Of a DNA stretch of 64,000 nucleotides, positions 31,801-44,897 are shown one piece after another (within the stretch, counting starts at the first letter, position 1; every line of letters begins with the position of its first letter). Both the position numbers and the translations under genes were made by a program. The notes beneath the pieces were generated by a model. That model saw only the letters and a program-made list of their open reading frames with translations. It had not been told where the DNA came from and made no database searches. The stretch is from Piromyces finnis finn (lineage: Eukaryota; Fungi; Neocallimastigomycota), in contig MCFH01000001.1 in NCBI GenBank assembly GCA_002104945.1, positions 2,170,001 to 2,234,000 of the forward strand, written 5' to 3'.

Positions 31801-33305
31801 TTTGGTATCCAGAAATGTTCAATGATGGTGATCGTCCTGAATCAATAGAAAATCAGAACAAGAGAGATCCAACATTTTACTTAGCAGGACAACCCATTCC
31901 AACTACTGATTGTTATACTTATCTTGGTGTTCCATTTGATAAGAATCTGTCCCTTAAACCAGTTATTAAAGCTCTTAATAACAAGGTTTTGAAAGGACTT
32001 TTCTCAATCAGTAAATTCTTAAGAAATCCTAATATTCCTATTCCCTTCAAAAAGCTAGTACTTAACTCACAAGTGATTAGCAGAGTTTCATACTTTGCAC
32101 CATTACTTGGATCCAACAAAGCTAGGTCTAGGATTGCTCAGAAGCATGTTAACAAAGGAATACGATGGGTTGCCGGAGTTCATAAAGCTGTATCGTTTAT
32201 ATCTTTATACTCTATCTCAAAAGATTTGAATATTCCTCCATTGTCAGCCAAATGTGCTTTAGCTCAGGTTAGATGTTTTAACAAATGGAAAAACTCAAAT
32301 TGTATTATCTCACACCTTGTCAATTACATTCCTAAATTTAGAAAATACACGTGGTGCAAATCAAGTAGGACACTTGATAAAAAACTAAAGAAACATGGAG
32401 ATGGTAAAGCAGTTAAAAACTTTTATTGGAAAGATCTCAAAGGGAATTCAATCAAAGCGCAATATTATGATGATAATAAATTTATTGAAACTAAAGATTT
32501 TATTAAATTATGTTATGAGTACCCAGAGTTTGCCTATGGCTTCTACTGGCTATTGAAAGCAAGAAGCGGATACAAGTTGGATGCTAGAGTTGCCAAAGCT
32601 GCTAAATTTGTTGATCCAGTTTGTCCTAACTACTGTCCATGTTGCAAGTGTGGAGATCAAAGTATTAAACATTGGTTATTAGATTGTCCAACATTTAGAG
32701 ATATCCGTATTAAACATTATGATTCTATAGTCCATCTATTAAATTTTTTCAGTCAACGTAATTCCAATAGTCCTATCAATAATAATGAAAATGTTAATAT
32801 CAGCAGAGATAGCAATAACAGTAATAGTAATAGTAATAATATTAATAATGACAATAGTAATAATAACAATAGTAGTAATAGAAATAATAATATTAGTAAT
32901 GATAGCAATAGTGATGATAATAATTCTAATTTAGATAGTAATTTAGTTAATAATTGTAATAGTTCTAATAATCCGGTGAATATTAATGTGTATGATTATT
33001 CTAGTGTGTGCAGTAAAATATTTAAATTCCTTCTTGGGGGAAGAAGTTTTAACAATATTAATTACAATTCAAGGGAATGGAAAGAACTTTGTAAGCGTCA
33101 GATTCAATCTGGTACTAACGAAGGAACACCATTCTTGACGGTAACCGCGGAACTTCTAACCAAAATCATGCCTTTTGCTATTGGCCAGCAATGGTCAATG
33201 TTCAAAAGGTTTGAAGCAACATCCAAGAGCGTCAATGCTGAAGAAACAGTAAGACAGGCCAGGAGGACCAGCGCAACCAATGGAGATCATAATTTTGTTC
33301 CATGA
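28806..33305 (+). pseudogene. LINE pol ORF interrupted by two opposite 1-nt indels
   Basis: An extra T in the run at 31702-31707 and a missing C near 31833 put LFADDIV...FGIQKCSMMVI out of frame. ORFs 28806..31715 and 31815..33305 share the same frame. Confidence 0.85.
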
Positions 33306-33799
33306 CAAAATTTTGATTTTTGGCTCGGTGTCCCATTGGAAGTCAAATACAATTATTATACTTTAGTATAATAGTGGCTTTCTTACTTTAATTAAAATTA
33401 CTAGAATACATTATACCCAATTTTTATTCATTTGTGTTTATTTAAACATATTTTTTTTATTTTTATTTTTATTTTTAATTTTTTATTACATGTATTATAA
33501 TTTTAATTAAATTAATAATAAAGTTTAAAATATTTGATGCCGTTAAAAAAAAAAAAAAAAAAAAATTTATTTTTGCAAATTATAAATTTTGCATGATTAT
33601 TTAAAAATGATAATGATATGAAAATAAATTATATATTTTAAAATATATACTTTTATTATAGAAAAAAAAATAATAATAATTAAAAAGTTATTATTCTTTT
33701 TATCATTATAAGTATGTTTTAGAATAAAACAATTATCTCCTTCACCCGACAAGAAAAATTAGAAAATTATTTTAAATCTCAACAAATTCTAATTTCAAT

Positions 33800-36700
33800 A
33801 TGATTTCCGATGAAAATAAAAATAATAGTATAAAATCTATATTAGATCTACATTCAACTGTATTAAATAATTCCACTTTAAATGAAAATTGGATTGATAA
33901 GAAAAAGAAAAAAGAAGAATTAGAAACTGTTTATGCATCTGATTCATCCGAAATTTCAGTTAAAGATTCATTAACAGAAGGAATTATTTTACGAGCCCCT
34001 CCTGAAAAGAGTATAAGTAGAAAAAAAACAATTCAAAAACTATCAAAGAACAGCGGTAAAACAACTAAAAGAAAAAAATCTCAAAGTAAAACAACAAAGG
34101 AACCCTCCTCTGAAGCAAATTCAGTTAAATCTTTAAAAGATAGACCATTACCAATCTTATTTCACCAACTTAATGATTATAACAAATTTAATCAAAAAGA
34201 TGATACAATTTTTAATTCTCATGTTACCAAAAAAAGTCAAGGTAAAAATAATATTCGTATTTATTATTATTATTGCTGTTGTTATTTGAGGAATGAAATC
34301 ATAAAGTTAGATTTAATATTAATTAAAATATGTATATTTAAAAAATAAATATAATTTTAATGAAAATAAATTAACTTCAATTTTTATAATTAGTATATAC
34401 ACAAAAATTGGTTTTTATTGTAATTTTAAATAATATAAAAAATAGTTTATAAATAACTATACATTTTATTATTTCTTTTTTTCGAAAATAGAGAACATAA
34501 AATTAAATTTTAAAAAACTTTTATGTAACATTATTAACTATCTCAAATTATTTTATTTTTTTTTTTTTAATATTATTTCTTTTAACCTAAATATTATAGA
34601 CGATGAAAAAGCTGTTAAAAAAATCAAATTAAGTCAAAATATTTCAGATATTGATCTCCAAGATAAATTACTGTTAGAAAATGGAAAAAAAGTTAAACAA
34701 AACAGTAATATTGATTCAAAAGTGGAAGAAGATAATAGTAATGAACATGAAAATGATTATGATTTTGATAGAAATACAAATGTTGATATTAAAAAAAACA
34801 AATTATTAATTAAAATTAAAATTAAAAAAAATGAAATTAAGGATCAAAATACACATCGTACTATTAATGACAACCCGGATAAATCATCAAATAATAATAC
34901 TTCTTATTCATTAGAAACAAATGATAATAAAGTTACTAACGAAGAAAAAGTACATAATGATAATAATAATAAGGAACATATAGAAGACAAAAAGAGTATT
35001 AAAGTTTCGGAAGAAATAGAAAATTCAGAATTCAGTAATAATAAAAGTGATCAAGAAAATACAATTAATACGAACATAAGGGAAAGTTTTAATAAAAGTG
35101 CTTCAAAAACCAAAGATATAAATAAACTTTCAAAAGATACTATAAATAATGAAAAATTATTAGATAATAATGATAAAATAAATATTAAAAATGAATTCAT
35201 GTCAACAGTTATTAGTAGTAAAGTTAATAATAATAACAATAACAATAATAATGATGATGATGATGATTTGAAGAAAGCTAAATCTTCTGATATTCATAAT
35301 AAAACACAATATAATATTGATAATGAATTTAAACAATTATTAAATGGTATTCAAAAACTGAATAAAAGTGTAATAAATGATGAAATATCTACAGGTGCTA
35401 AAATATATAATAAATTATCAACAAATATTAACAACCAATTAGCAATAAGCGATTTATATAAATTGCCATCAAATGATCGTAATAGTAAAATATCATCGTT
35501 TACAACAAAAAATACTGTAAATATGAATAATTCAAATATTTGTAATGATAAAATAAAAACTGACAGCATACAAAATCTTAATAAAACACCAACTAATTTT
35601 TCAAATACTTCTAAAGGAAAAAATATTGATAGTAAATTAACTCTAAGTATTTTAAAATCAATTCAAGATAAATTACCAGCAAATTCCATAAGTATAAATA
35701 AAAATAAAAAGCAAACTAACGACATTACAAATAATTCACCGAAAAATAATACTATTGGTAACACATCAAATAAAGTCTCAGGCATCATAAATAATGATTT
35801 ATCAGTTTCTAGCTTAAATGTTAATTTGAAAGAACCATTTAGTAATATAAATAATGTTGATGATAAATCATCTTTTAACAATTATTGTAATCCTAAATTG
35901 AATAATAATTTTATTGATAATATCAATGGTAAAACACTATCTTATTCATCAGGTTTTGCAGACTCAAAACTCCAAAAGAGTAACATAAATACAATTAATG
36001 AAATATTTCAAATCACCCCACCTAACGAATGTAAGCAAGTTCCAAATAGTTCATGTAATATAGTAACTTATCCTGTGAGGTTTTCAGATATAGATAATAA
36101 TTTGATGTATAGTAATAATTTAAATAGAAATGAAAATGATGTGATATTTACACCCTCTTTAAATATAACTAATGTAAATCAAGATTATTTAAATACAGAT
36201 AATACTAATATTTATCATAATAAGTTAGATACAAATGATAATGATAAATATAATGATTATTCCAATTTATTGATTAATAAAAATAATAAAAAATATTATG
36301 ACGAATATTTTAATCTTCTAAATGCATCTAATAATGAAAAGTATCATGAATATATAAATATACTGAATACAGAAAAATGCAGAAAATATCATAATTATTA
36401 TAATCATTATAGACATTTACATATTAACAATCGTACAAATTCTAATAATTCATTAAACATGATAAATAGAATAAATATAATCCCGAATAGCAACAATAAT
36501 TTAACTAATAAAATATTAAAAAATCCAGATAATATAATCCAAAATAATTCTTTTAGTAATTCTCTAATGCATTCTAATGATTATTTACTTAATTCATTTA
36601 ATAGTTATGGAAATAATATTTCTAATAATAAGAATCAAATACTTAATAATAATATAAAAAATAATAGTTTTGTTAAACCGAATGTTCAATTTGAAAACAA

Positions 36701-39700
36701 TATGAGCAATAATAGTTTTTTGGATATCAAACAAAAAACTCAATTTAATAGTAATATTATTGATAAAAACCAATATAATTCCTTCGTTATTAATAATAAT
36801 AATCCATTGTCTAGAAAAAATAATAATATAAATAATAATCCAGTACCTTATGGTTTCAATACTACCAACAATAGTAATTTACTTAACGATATTAATAAGG
36901 AATTAGAAATAATTAATGCTATGTTATCATCTAAATATAATAAAAAGCATTTGAATAATTCAAAATCCAAGATACCAATAATTAATGAAAAATCATTAAA
37001 TGATGCCATTAACGAAGTATTTAAAAATAAAACGAAAAGCCATGGATATATTAATAATCAAGCATCCTCTAGTAACGTGAATATTAAAAAAGATGCTACG
37101 AAAAGTATTGTCAAAAATGAAAGAAAAGATTTAGATAATAATGGTGTATTATCGAAAATACCGCCTGAGAAATGTCAAAAACTTAATATTATAAATGTTG
37201 ATGATAATATTGGTAGTAAGCCTTCTAAAAAAAGAAAGAGAACACATAAAAACACGACATCCCATAATGATATTACTAAAAATGATATTATTGAAGTAGA
37301 AGAAGCAATTAAAGCAGTGAATCATAAAAAACATAGTAAATTAACTAAAAAAGCTAAAAATAAAATTGATATTATTGATATTGAAAATTATTCTGACAAT
37401 GAAATAAATAAAACAAATAGCGAAATCGATATTGATATTCTGAATAATAAGACATCCAAAAATAAAAAAGCAGCAAAACTTTCTAAATCAGAAAGACAAA
37501 CAAAAATTAACGAGATATCTTCAACACCAAATGTTTCCATCGAAAATTCAGTTATTGAGATTGATGATAAAAATGAAAATGAAAATAAAACGGAATTAAA
37601 CTCAAAAAAATATAAATCGCATTCAAAAAATAAGCATAAGCATACTTCTAAAAATAAAAGAAAAACTAATGTTAAAAATGAAATAGATATTGAAATTATA
37701 TCAGATGGCTCTTTTGATACACCAAAATCTATCAATTCTAAACCTTCTACCTCCGCCATTAATATTATTGATGTTGACTCTATTCCAGAACCAAAGTTAA
37801 ATAAAATAAAAATTAAAATAGAAAATAACCAAGCCTCTAAATCTTCAATAACCGACAACAGTAAATCATCAGTATTGGAAAATAAATTATTAGATAAATG
37901 GGAATCGAGATTAAGAGGTACTACCATTGCTAGTCGGTCAAAGCATCTTTATGTCTATCCAAAAAATATTTATTCTAATAAATACAACATTGAGAGCCAA
38001 AATTCTGTAAGGAAACCTGTGCTTGAAATAATTCATGATGATCAACAAAAATCCAAACATAAATATCAATATACATTCAGTAGCGATGAAGAAATTGAAA
38101 TTGACATTACAAGCTCTTCATCGGAAAAAGATAAAATAGAAGAAGATAGTATAAAAATAAAAAAGGATAATACATCATCAAAATGTATCAATGAAAAAAT
38201 GCCTATAGTGGATTCTAAATCATCTCCATTTTTGAGTACAAACAATACTACAGAAATTTCTTCAGGACCATCATCTCTAAGTGATGTTAAAACTGAATTT
38301 TTTGAAGATTCTAATAAAGTTTTGTTAATTGAAGATGAACCACCTATAAATAATGATAATACATCAGTAAATAAATCCGTTAATCCTTCGCATAAACCTA
38401 ATTTCACTTTTTCTTCCGATATTTTCTATTCCAGCCATACTAAGCCTAATTATATACCTCTTGAATTAGATGAATCAACATCAGAATCATCTAAAATCAA
38501 ATATGAGACTCGATCAAAGTCTCTTTTATCTATAATATCTTCTCCATCCCCCCATTCTTCTCCAATTTCAATTTCTAGCAATAAGTCAAAGTCAAAGAAT
38601 TGTAAACAACAGCATGTTTCAAGATCTTCATCTTCATCATCCCTTATTCTTAAAGAACAAAAAAGATCAACTAGTTCTAAACCGAAATCCAAGAATCAAA
38701 GAGAAAGAAATAAAAATGATTTCATTGGTATTATAAGTAATAATATAGAAAAATTAAAGGAAGAAAAAAAGAAAAAGGAACAAGAATTATTATTATATTC
38801 AGAAAAATATATACCCTCTTCCAATAAGCTTTCTATAGATATATACCCCTCTACTGTTAAATTACAAACATTAAATTGTGTTCAAGAAATACTTAATCGT
38901 TCTCAGATTATGCAATGTATGAAGATTCTTTTTAAGAGTAAAAAATACCCTAAACGTAAACGATCTCCTCGATATTACCCACAAGGAGGTAAAATCCTTT
39001 TTTACACCAAGTGTAACCCTATAAATTTTCATTATCGCTGGAAACCTAGACGTTTTAATCTTTTAATCTCTAAGAGAGTTTTTATTACATTTATTCGACC
39101 TTTAGTTCGTCGAATCTCCTGGGAGCAAGCATGGTATTTAACAAATATCAGTATTCTCATGACCTTTTTAAGAACCCAACTTCAAAATCACTGTTATCTC
39201 CTTAACTCAAAATATAGTAATCCTTCTATTCAACATAATAATAATACCATTAGACTTGCTTTAGATAGAACAAAAGGTAAGAATAGAGACCAATATTATT
39301 GTGATGATTTCAGAAGGAATCACCCACGTCGTAGTCAACGTGATAAATTTTCTTCTGGCATTATGAAATTTAAATATTCGGATAAATTGCTTCTGAATAA
39401 GAAAAAAGGTAAAGAATTAGATAAGGAAGATTCAAATATCAAAAGTATTGAAGATTCAAATTCATTTTTAGATAATATTACCGATTCCTTTAAAACTAGA
39501 AAATACCCAAAAATTGAAAAGGTAAAAATAAAGAGAATTATTATAAATGAAGTTATATAGGAAAATTGATATTGTTTTCTAAATTTTCTAATTATATATA
39601 TATATAAATATATTATTTTATAATGATCTTTTAAATCAATTAGATAAGTCTATTTAGTAATGCTTATAATAAACAATTAATGGAATTGCTTGATAAAAAA

Positions 39701-40846
39701 GATTATAATAGTTTAATGAAATATCTCTATTATGTAAACGATCCAAAAAATATTTCATTTAAATATGAAGCTATTAGATATTTAAAGAATTTTAATACTA
39801 TGAAAAAAAATAGTTATAATAGAATTAATCGAAAGAAATTTAAAAATCCATCTTACTTTAAAGGAAAAGGTTTCTTTGAATGGAGTTGTCCGGTAGATCA
39901 TTGTAATGAAAAGTACTCTTCATCTATCTATATTCCCAATATTAATAATATCTTGGAAAAAGAACAAATTTTCAGTAAACAATGGTATAAGCTTCATCCT
40001 TATAATAAGAATCGTCATGGCTATCTCCGTATGGTTCGCTTACTTGATGCTTTCCATCATTCATATAGATGTCATCAACAACATATTTTAAATATGCAAA
40101 TTCTAGAGCATCTCTTAAACCATCGTAAGGTAATACGAAAGCAAATGAATGAAAAAATTGAAGAAAGTATGGATGTTGAAGAAGAATATGAAGAACCTGA
40201 TTCTCTTCTTAAAGTACTTACATTCAATGGTAAACTCATTAATGCGTATAAACCATGTGCACCCTTTTACAAATACAATAAAAATGATCCACCTATATTT
40301 GGTCCACTAATTTCCATAAATAATGAGGTAAATTTCCTGTTTCATTATTCGAACAATTTATAAACTAAGAATGATATGTTTTTTTTTTTTAAATGGACAT
40401 TTATTAATATATATTTCATAATTCATTTATTGTTAATAATCCTTCTCTATAGATAAGCACGGAAATGGGAAATCGTGTAAAGTAAGTTAATAAAAAGGAA
40501 AGAAGAATAAATTTTATATAATAAAAATAAAAATAATTATATTCATTTATTCACAAATCTTTATATCTACCTCATTTTATTTTTTTTTTTTCCATTATTA
40601 TTTAAATATTGAAATAGTTCCTTTAAATCCAAATTGGTTAATCAAATCGAAGATCAAAAACGTAAAGAAACTGAAAGCCATTTTGTTATAAGTAAATTGA
40701 AAATAAAAAAAAAAAAAAAAAACTTTAATTGAATTATTATTGTATTAAATATTAACATTTTATTTTTATATTTAATATATAATATTCTTTATACGTCTAT
40801 AGAAAGGGCTTTTAGTGAATTTAAGAATGCTAAACTTAAAAATTAA
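33800..40846 (+). CDS. Large (~2,050 aa) N/S/K-rich hypothetical protein, 6 exons
   Basis: In-frame GT-AG joins: 33800-34241, 34600-39521, 39644-~40329, 40453-40481, ~40618-40691, and 40803-40846 (TAA 40844-40846). No recognised family. The C-terminal third is more complex (WSCPVDHC, FHHSYRCHQQH). Confidence 0.6.
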
Positions 40847-43431
40847 TTATTTATTTATATATCATTATTTAAATTATTTTTTAAAGTAGTTCAATCCTTT
40901 ATATATTAATATGAAAATAGACTTTTAAAAAAAAAAAAGTTTAATATCTATTTACTTTTTTTTTTATCTCATACATTATATATATACATATATATTATGA
41001 TAAAAGTAATTGAATAAATAGATTTAAAAAATATGTATATATAATAGAATATAGAATTTCTATCACAAAATAACTAATATATCCACAGTAAAATATATCT
41101 TTTTTTTTATATATGAAATTTTTAGATCATAGATAAAAACAAAGCATAAAATATAAATAAATTTTTGGTATCAATAAAAATAGATATTAAACGGGAATGT
41201 AAATACAATATACCATATATAGAGTATTAATAAAATAATTATTTATATCAGTCAACATCAATTTTTTAAAACTTTTATTTTTATTAATAAATAAAATTAA
41301 AAACTATAGTGTAATTTTTCAAAGTTTTAAAAATATTATCTTTTTAAAAAAAAAAAAAGGATTAAATAGATTTTCATTTTCATAAAAAGAATATTAAAAG
41401 ATTTTGTTTTCTATGAAAAGTAATACTTTTGGGTATACTATATATTTATATTTATTATTAGGGATGTGTGATATAATAAACATATTAGTTATTTAATTTA
41501 TATTCGATAAAAACAATGTATCAAAAAAAGTCTGGCTAAGGTCAAATTTTGTCTGGCTACAAAATGTGGCTAAAATCCTGAAAAATGGGGGTACAAATAC
41601 TAAATATCATTATTTTTATTTTTATTCTATCTATAGTTCTACACCTGGTAATAATTAACTAGAAAATTTTATCTTTAAAACTTTATATTCTGAAGGTTTA
41701 TTGTTTATAATGGTTTATTTTTTAAGGGGAATAATTTAGTACCTCATTTCAAAAAGAAAAATACTTCAAATTTATTAAATAAAATTTATTGGATAACTAT
41801 AATTATTTAGGGAAGAAGAACATCTTTTTATCTGCCATAATGACTCCAAAAAAATATATATAGTATTATTGGATACTTTTTTCATTATTGACTTTGTATA
41901 TTCAAAGTTAAAGTTACAAAGATTTTAAGCTTTTAATTTCTTTTCAAAGATTTGTATTCAATTAAACTCTATAAGATTTTCTATTGAATAAATATAAACA
42001 ATAATGATTAACTATTTATTATTCTTTTATATTCTCTTTTTAAAAAAATGGTTTAAATATAATATCTTTAAAATAAAAATTTAATCTAAACTTTTTAAAT
42101 AATTTTTATTTTAGGGTGACATTTCTCCTATTATATTTTTTTCTTTTTTTTAATTAATATATTTTTGGAAAAAAAAAAATTTTTTTTCTATTATTTAATT
42201 AAAAAAAAGTTCTTTTAAATACAATTATTCTATATAAAATAGTATTATTTAATTCTTATGTTATATAATTTAAATAACTACAATAATATATAATTATTTC
42301 TAATTATTTAAACCTTTTAATTTAATATTAGAATAACCTATTCTTCTTAAAATACATTTAAGACGAAATAATATTATTTGGATATTCTTTTCAATGGCTT
42401 TAAAATTTAATTCATTAAAACTTTGCAAACTTTCATTATAAAGTATTTTATTTGGAATTTCAATATTATAAATATACTTTACAAAACCTTATTTATATTA
42501 AAGCTTATTAATTAATAAATGATTAAACAATGGAACATTTGTTTAAATTAAAATTGCTATTACATCATTAATGATTAATCGTATCATAGCATAGTGGTTC
42601 TATAGTGGTTATGTTATTTTATTATATTTTAGAATTTAAATAACAGAAAAATTTATATAATGTCACAAAGATTTTTAATTTATTTGTGTTTAATAGAATT
42701 TTTTTATTTCAAAAGATTTTGTAGACAATTTGTTATATATATCAGAGTATATTCATGTATATATAAATTTTTCTATATTAAATATAATAATTATATTACA
42801 ATATCAATATATAATTTTATATATTAAAAAACAATAGATTAATTAAAAAATTCAACAATAAAAATAATCAAAATGAGTAATATATTTCATGTGTATTGTT
42901 GTTAGGGTTGGCTCTTTGAAATTAAGCATCACTATTATATTTAGAGATAGATTTTTATATTAATTGTTTGTCAACTTTATTGATATAATTTACCAGCCAA
43001 CAAATTCTAAATAATAGATAAACATATTTATGAAATATGTATTTATTAAATTTAATATATTTAAGAAGCATGGCATACACGATCTATTGTTATCAATTAC
43101 AATCCACTATTTCATTTTAATTAAGATTTACATACATAATAAGTATAATAAAAAGCATTAAAAAAAAAAAAAAGTAAAGAAAAAAGTATATAAAAATATA
43201 ATTTTCTACCAAATTATATGCTTTTCAAAAAAAAAAAAAAAAAAAAAATTAAAAATAAAAAAAATATATATATATATATTTCATATAATACATAATAAGA
43301 TTTAAATAATAAAAAATATAAATATATATATCAATTTTTTTTTAATTTTTTACATTAGTAAAAATATAAAAAAAAAAAAAAAAAAAAAAAAAAACTACTA
43401 TAATAAATATTAGGAAATATATAATACAAAA

Positions 43432-44897
43432 ATGGTAAATAATTATGCAGAATTAGCTGCATTAGATAAAGATAAATTTATTGAAAATGGAGCAGACGCT
43501 AGTTTTTTTCAGTGGTTAGAAAGTAAAGGAACAAACTATAGTTGCTATGAGCAGTTTTTAAAAGGACAAACAGAGCAACAAATGATAAATAAAAAAATTG
43601 ATATAGTAAGAACAATAATATACTCACTACAATGTCCATTTACATTTATCTATTTTTATTGGACTTTATTGATTTTATTTCTACATAAATTTAATTTTAA
43701 AAAGCCGATTATGAAACTTATTTTACTTCATTATATATTAAGGTAGCATACAAAAATATTTAGCTATATAATTATATAATACATATATATATATATAAGA
43801 TATTAAGATATATGAAAAAAAAAAAAACTAAAATATAGTTAATTTTATTATTTATTTGTTTTCCTTCATCAAAATAAAGAACTTTAGGAGATATATTCAA
43901 TCAATTAGGTGAATTGTTTAATAATTATTACACTACTAATATTCATTATGAATTTTCTCCTCCAACTTATGATTGTAAAAACTATGCTATGCATCCATTC
44001 AAATGGTTCATGACTAGACAAATAAGTACAATTCTTTGGTACTCTGGTGAAATAATAGGTGATTGGTATCCATTACTTCGAACGCACGCTATTGTTAAGA
44101 ATAATAGATTAATATTGTTAGTATATGCAACATGTGGTATATTTAATTTTTCAAAAATCCTATTAATATTATTACACCTTTCCTATAATCCAGCAAAAAT
44201 GTACACAAACGAAGGGGCTTTTGATGACGATAAATCAATAAAATTTTATTCTTATTATTATATTATCCAATTTTTTATTATATTTACTTCAGTAATATAT
44301 GATTTATCCGTCTACTTTGTTTTGAAAAAAGCTATATTTAAAAAGAAAAATTATGATATTGGATTCCTAAAAAAGTTTAAAAATCTTTCTGAATATAGAA
44401 TACTTATTTCATGCTTTTTTAGTATAATATTTTTGCCAATTATAGCTGTAACCATAATAATTAAATTTTATACTTTATTAAAAAATAATTTAAGAGCATT
44501 AGATTTTTCATTTGAAGAAACAAGAATGATGATCACAAATATTCAATATTATATGATATTTATTGATCAAATTCTTTTAATATGCTATCGAGATCAAAGT
44601 ATCCAATCTAACTCAAATCAAAATCAAAATCAAAATTCAAATTTCTATAGTTCTAATAGTAATGGAAATATGAATATATCTTCAAAAATAAAAAATAATT
44701 TTAGTAATGAAAATTTAGAAACAATGAACATTATTGATACAAATGAAAATATGTATACAAAAATAATCAATAATAATTATTCCTTGAATAAAAATAATAA
44801 TAACAATTCTAATTATTATTTTAATGCATTAAATTCCAAAAATGAAAACCAAAAATTACAATATAATTATAACAGTGATAACCTTGGATGGATATGA
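43432..44897 (+). CDS. Putative seven-transmembrane (GPCR-like) protein, 2 exons (intron 43743-43879)
   Basis: AG|GT donor at 43743 and acceptor AAAG at 43876-43879 give HYILR-TLGDIF. About seven hydrophobic segments, a GEIIGDWYPLLRT motif and an Asn-rich cytoplasmic tail. Confidence 0.7.

Larger units (their letters stand above)
27915..33565 (+). mobile_element. Full-length non-LTR retrotransposon (LINE), single ORF with APE endonuclease and RT
   Basis: The 13-bp TSD TTTATTTTTGCAA sits at 27902-27914 and 33566-33578, with an A21 tail at 33545-33565. The ORF has EEP motifs (WNTNG, FQET, GDFN, SDIDH, SDH), RT motifs (ASGPDGIP, IPKKGD, NYRGISL, QFGFR, FLDLRKAYDSV, GVRQGCPLSPILFN, FADD, YTYLG) and a C-terminal CPCC...HWLLDC zinc knuckle. 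Confidence 0.95.

Noticed and set aside
33723-33803. PIP-box-like peptide QEKLENYF just upstream of the large orphan gene
   Set aside because: It lies in a different frame that stops at 33801-33803. Linking it to the gene needs an unsupported frameshift.
41520-42560. Slightly GC-richer patch with short TCTGGCTA repeats, possibly a decayed DNA transposon
   Set aside because: No terminal inverted repeats, TSD or transposase motif could be identified.
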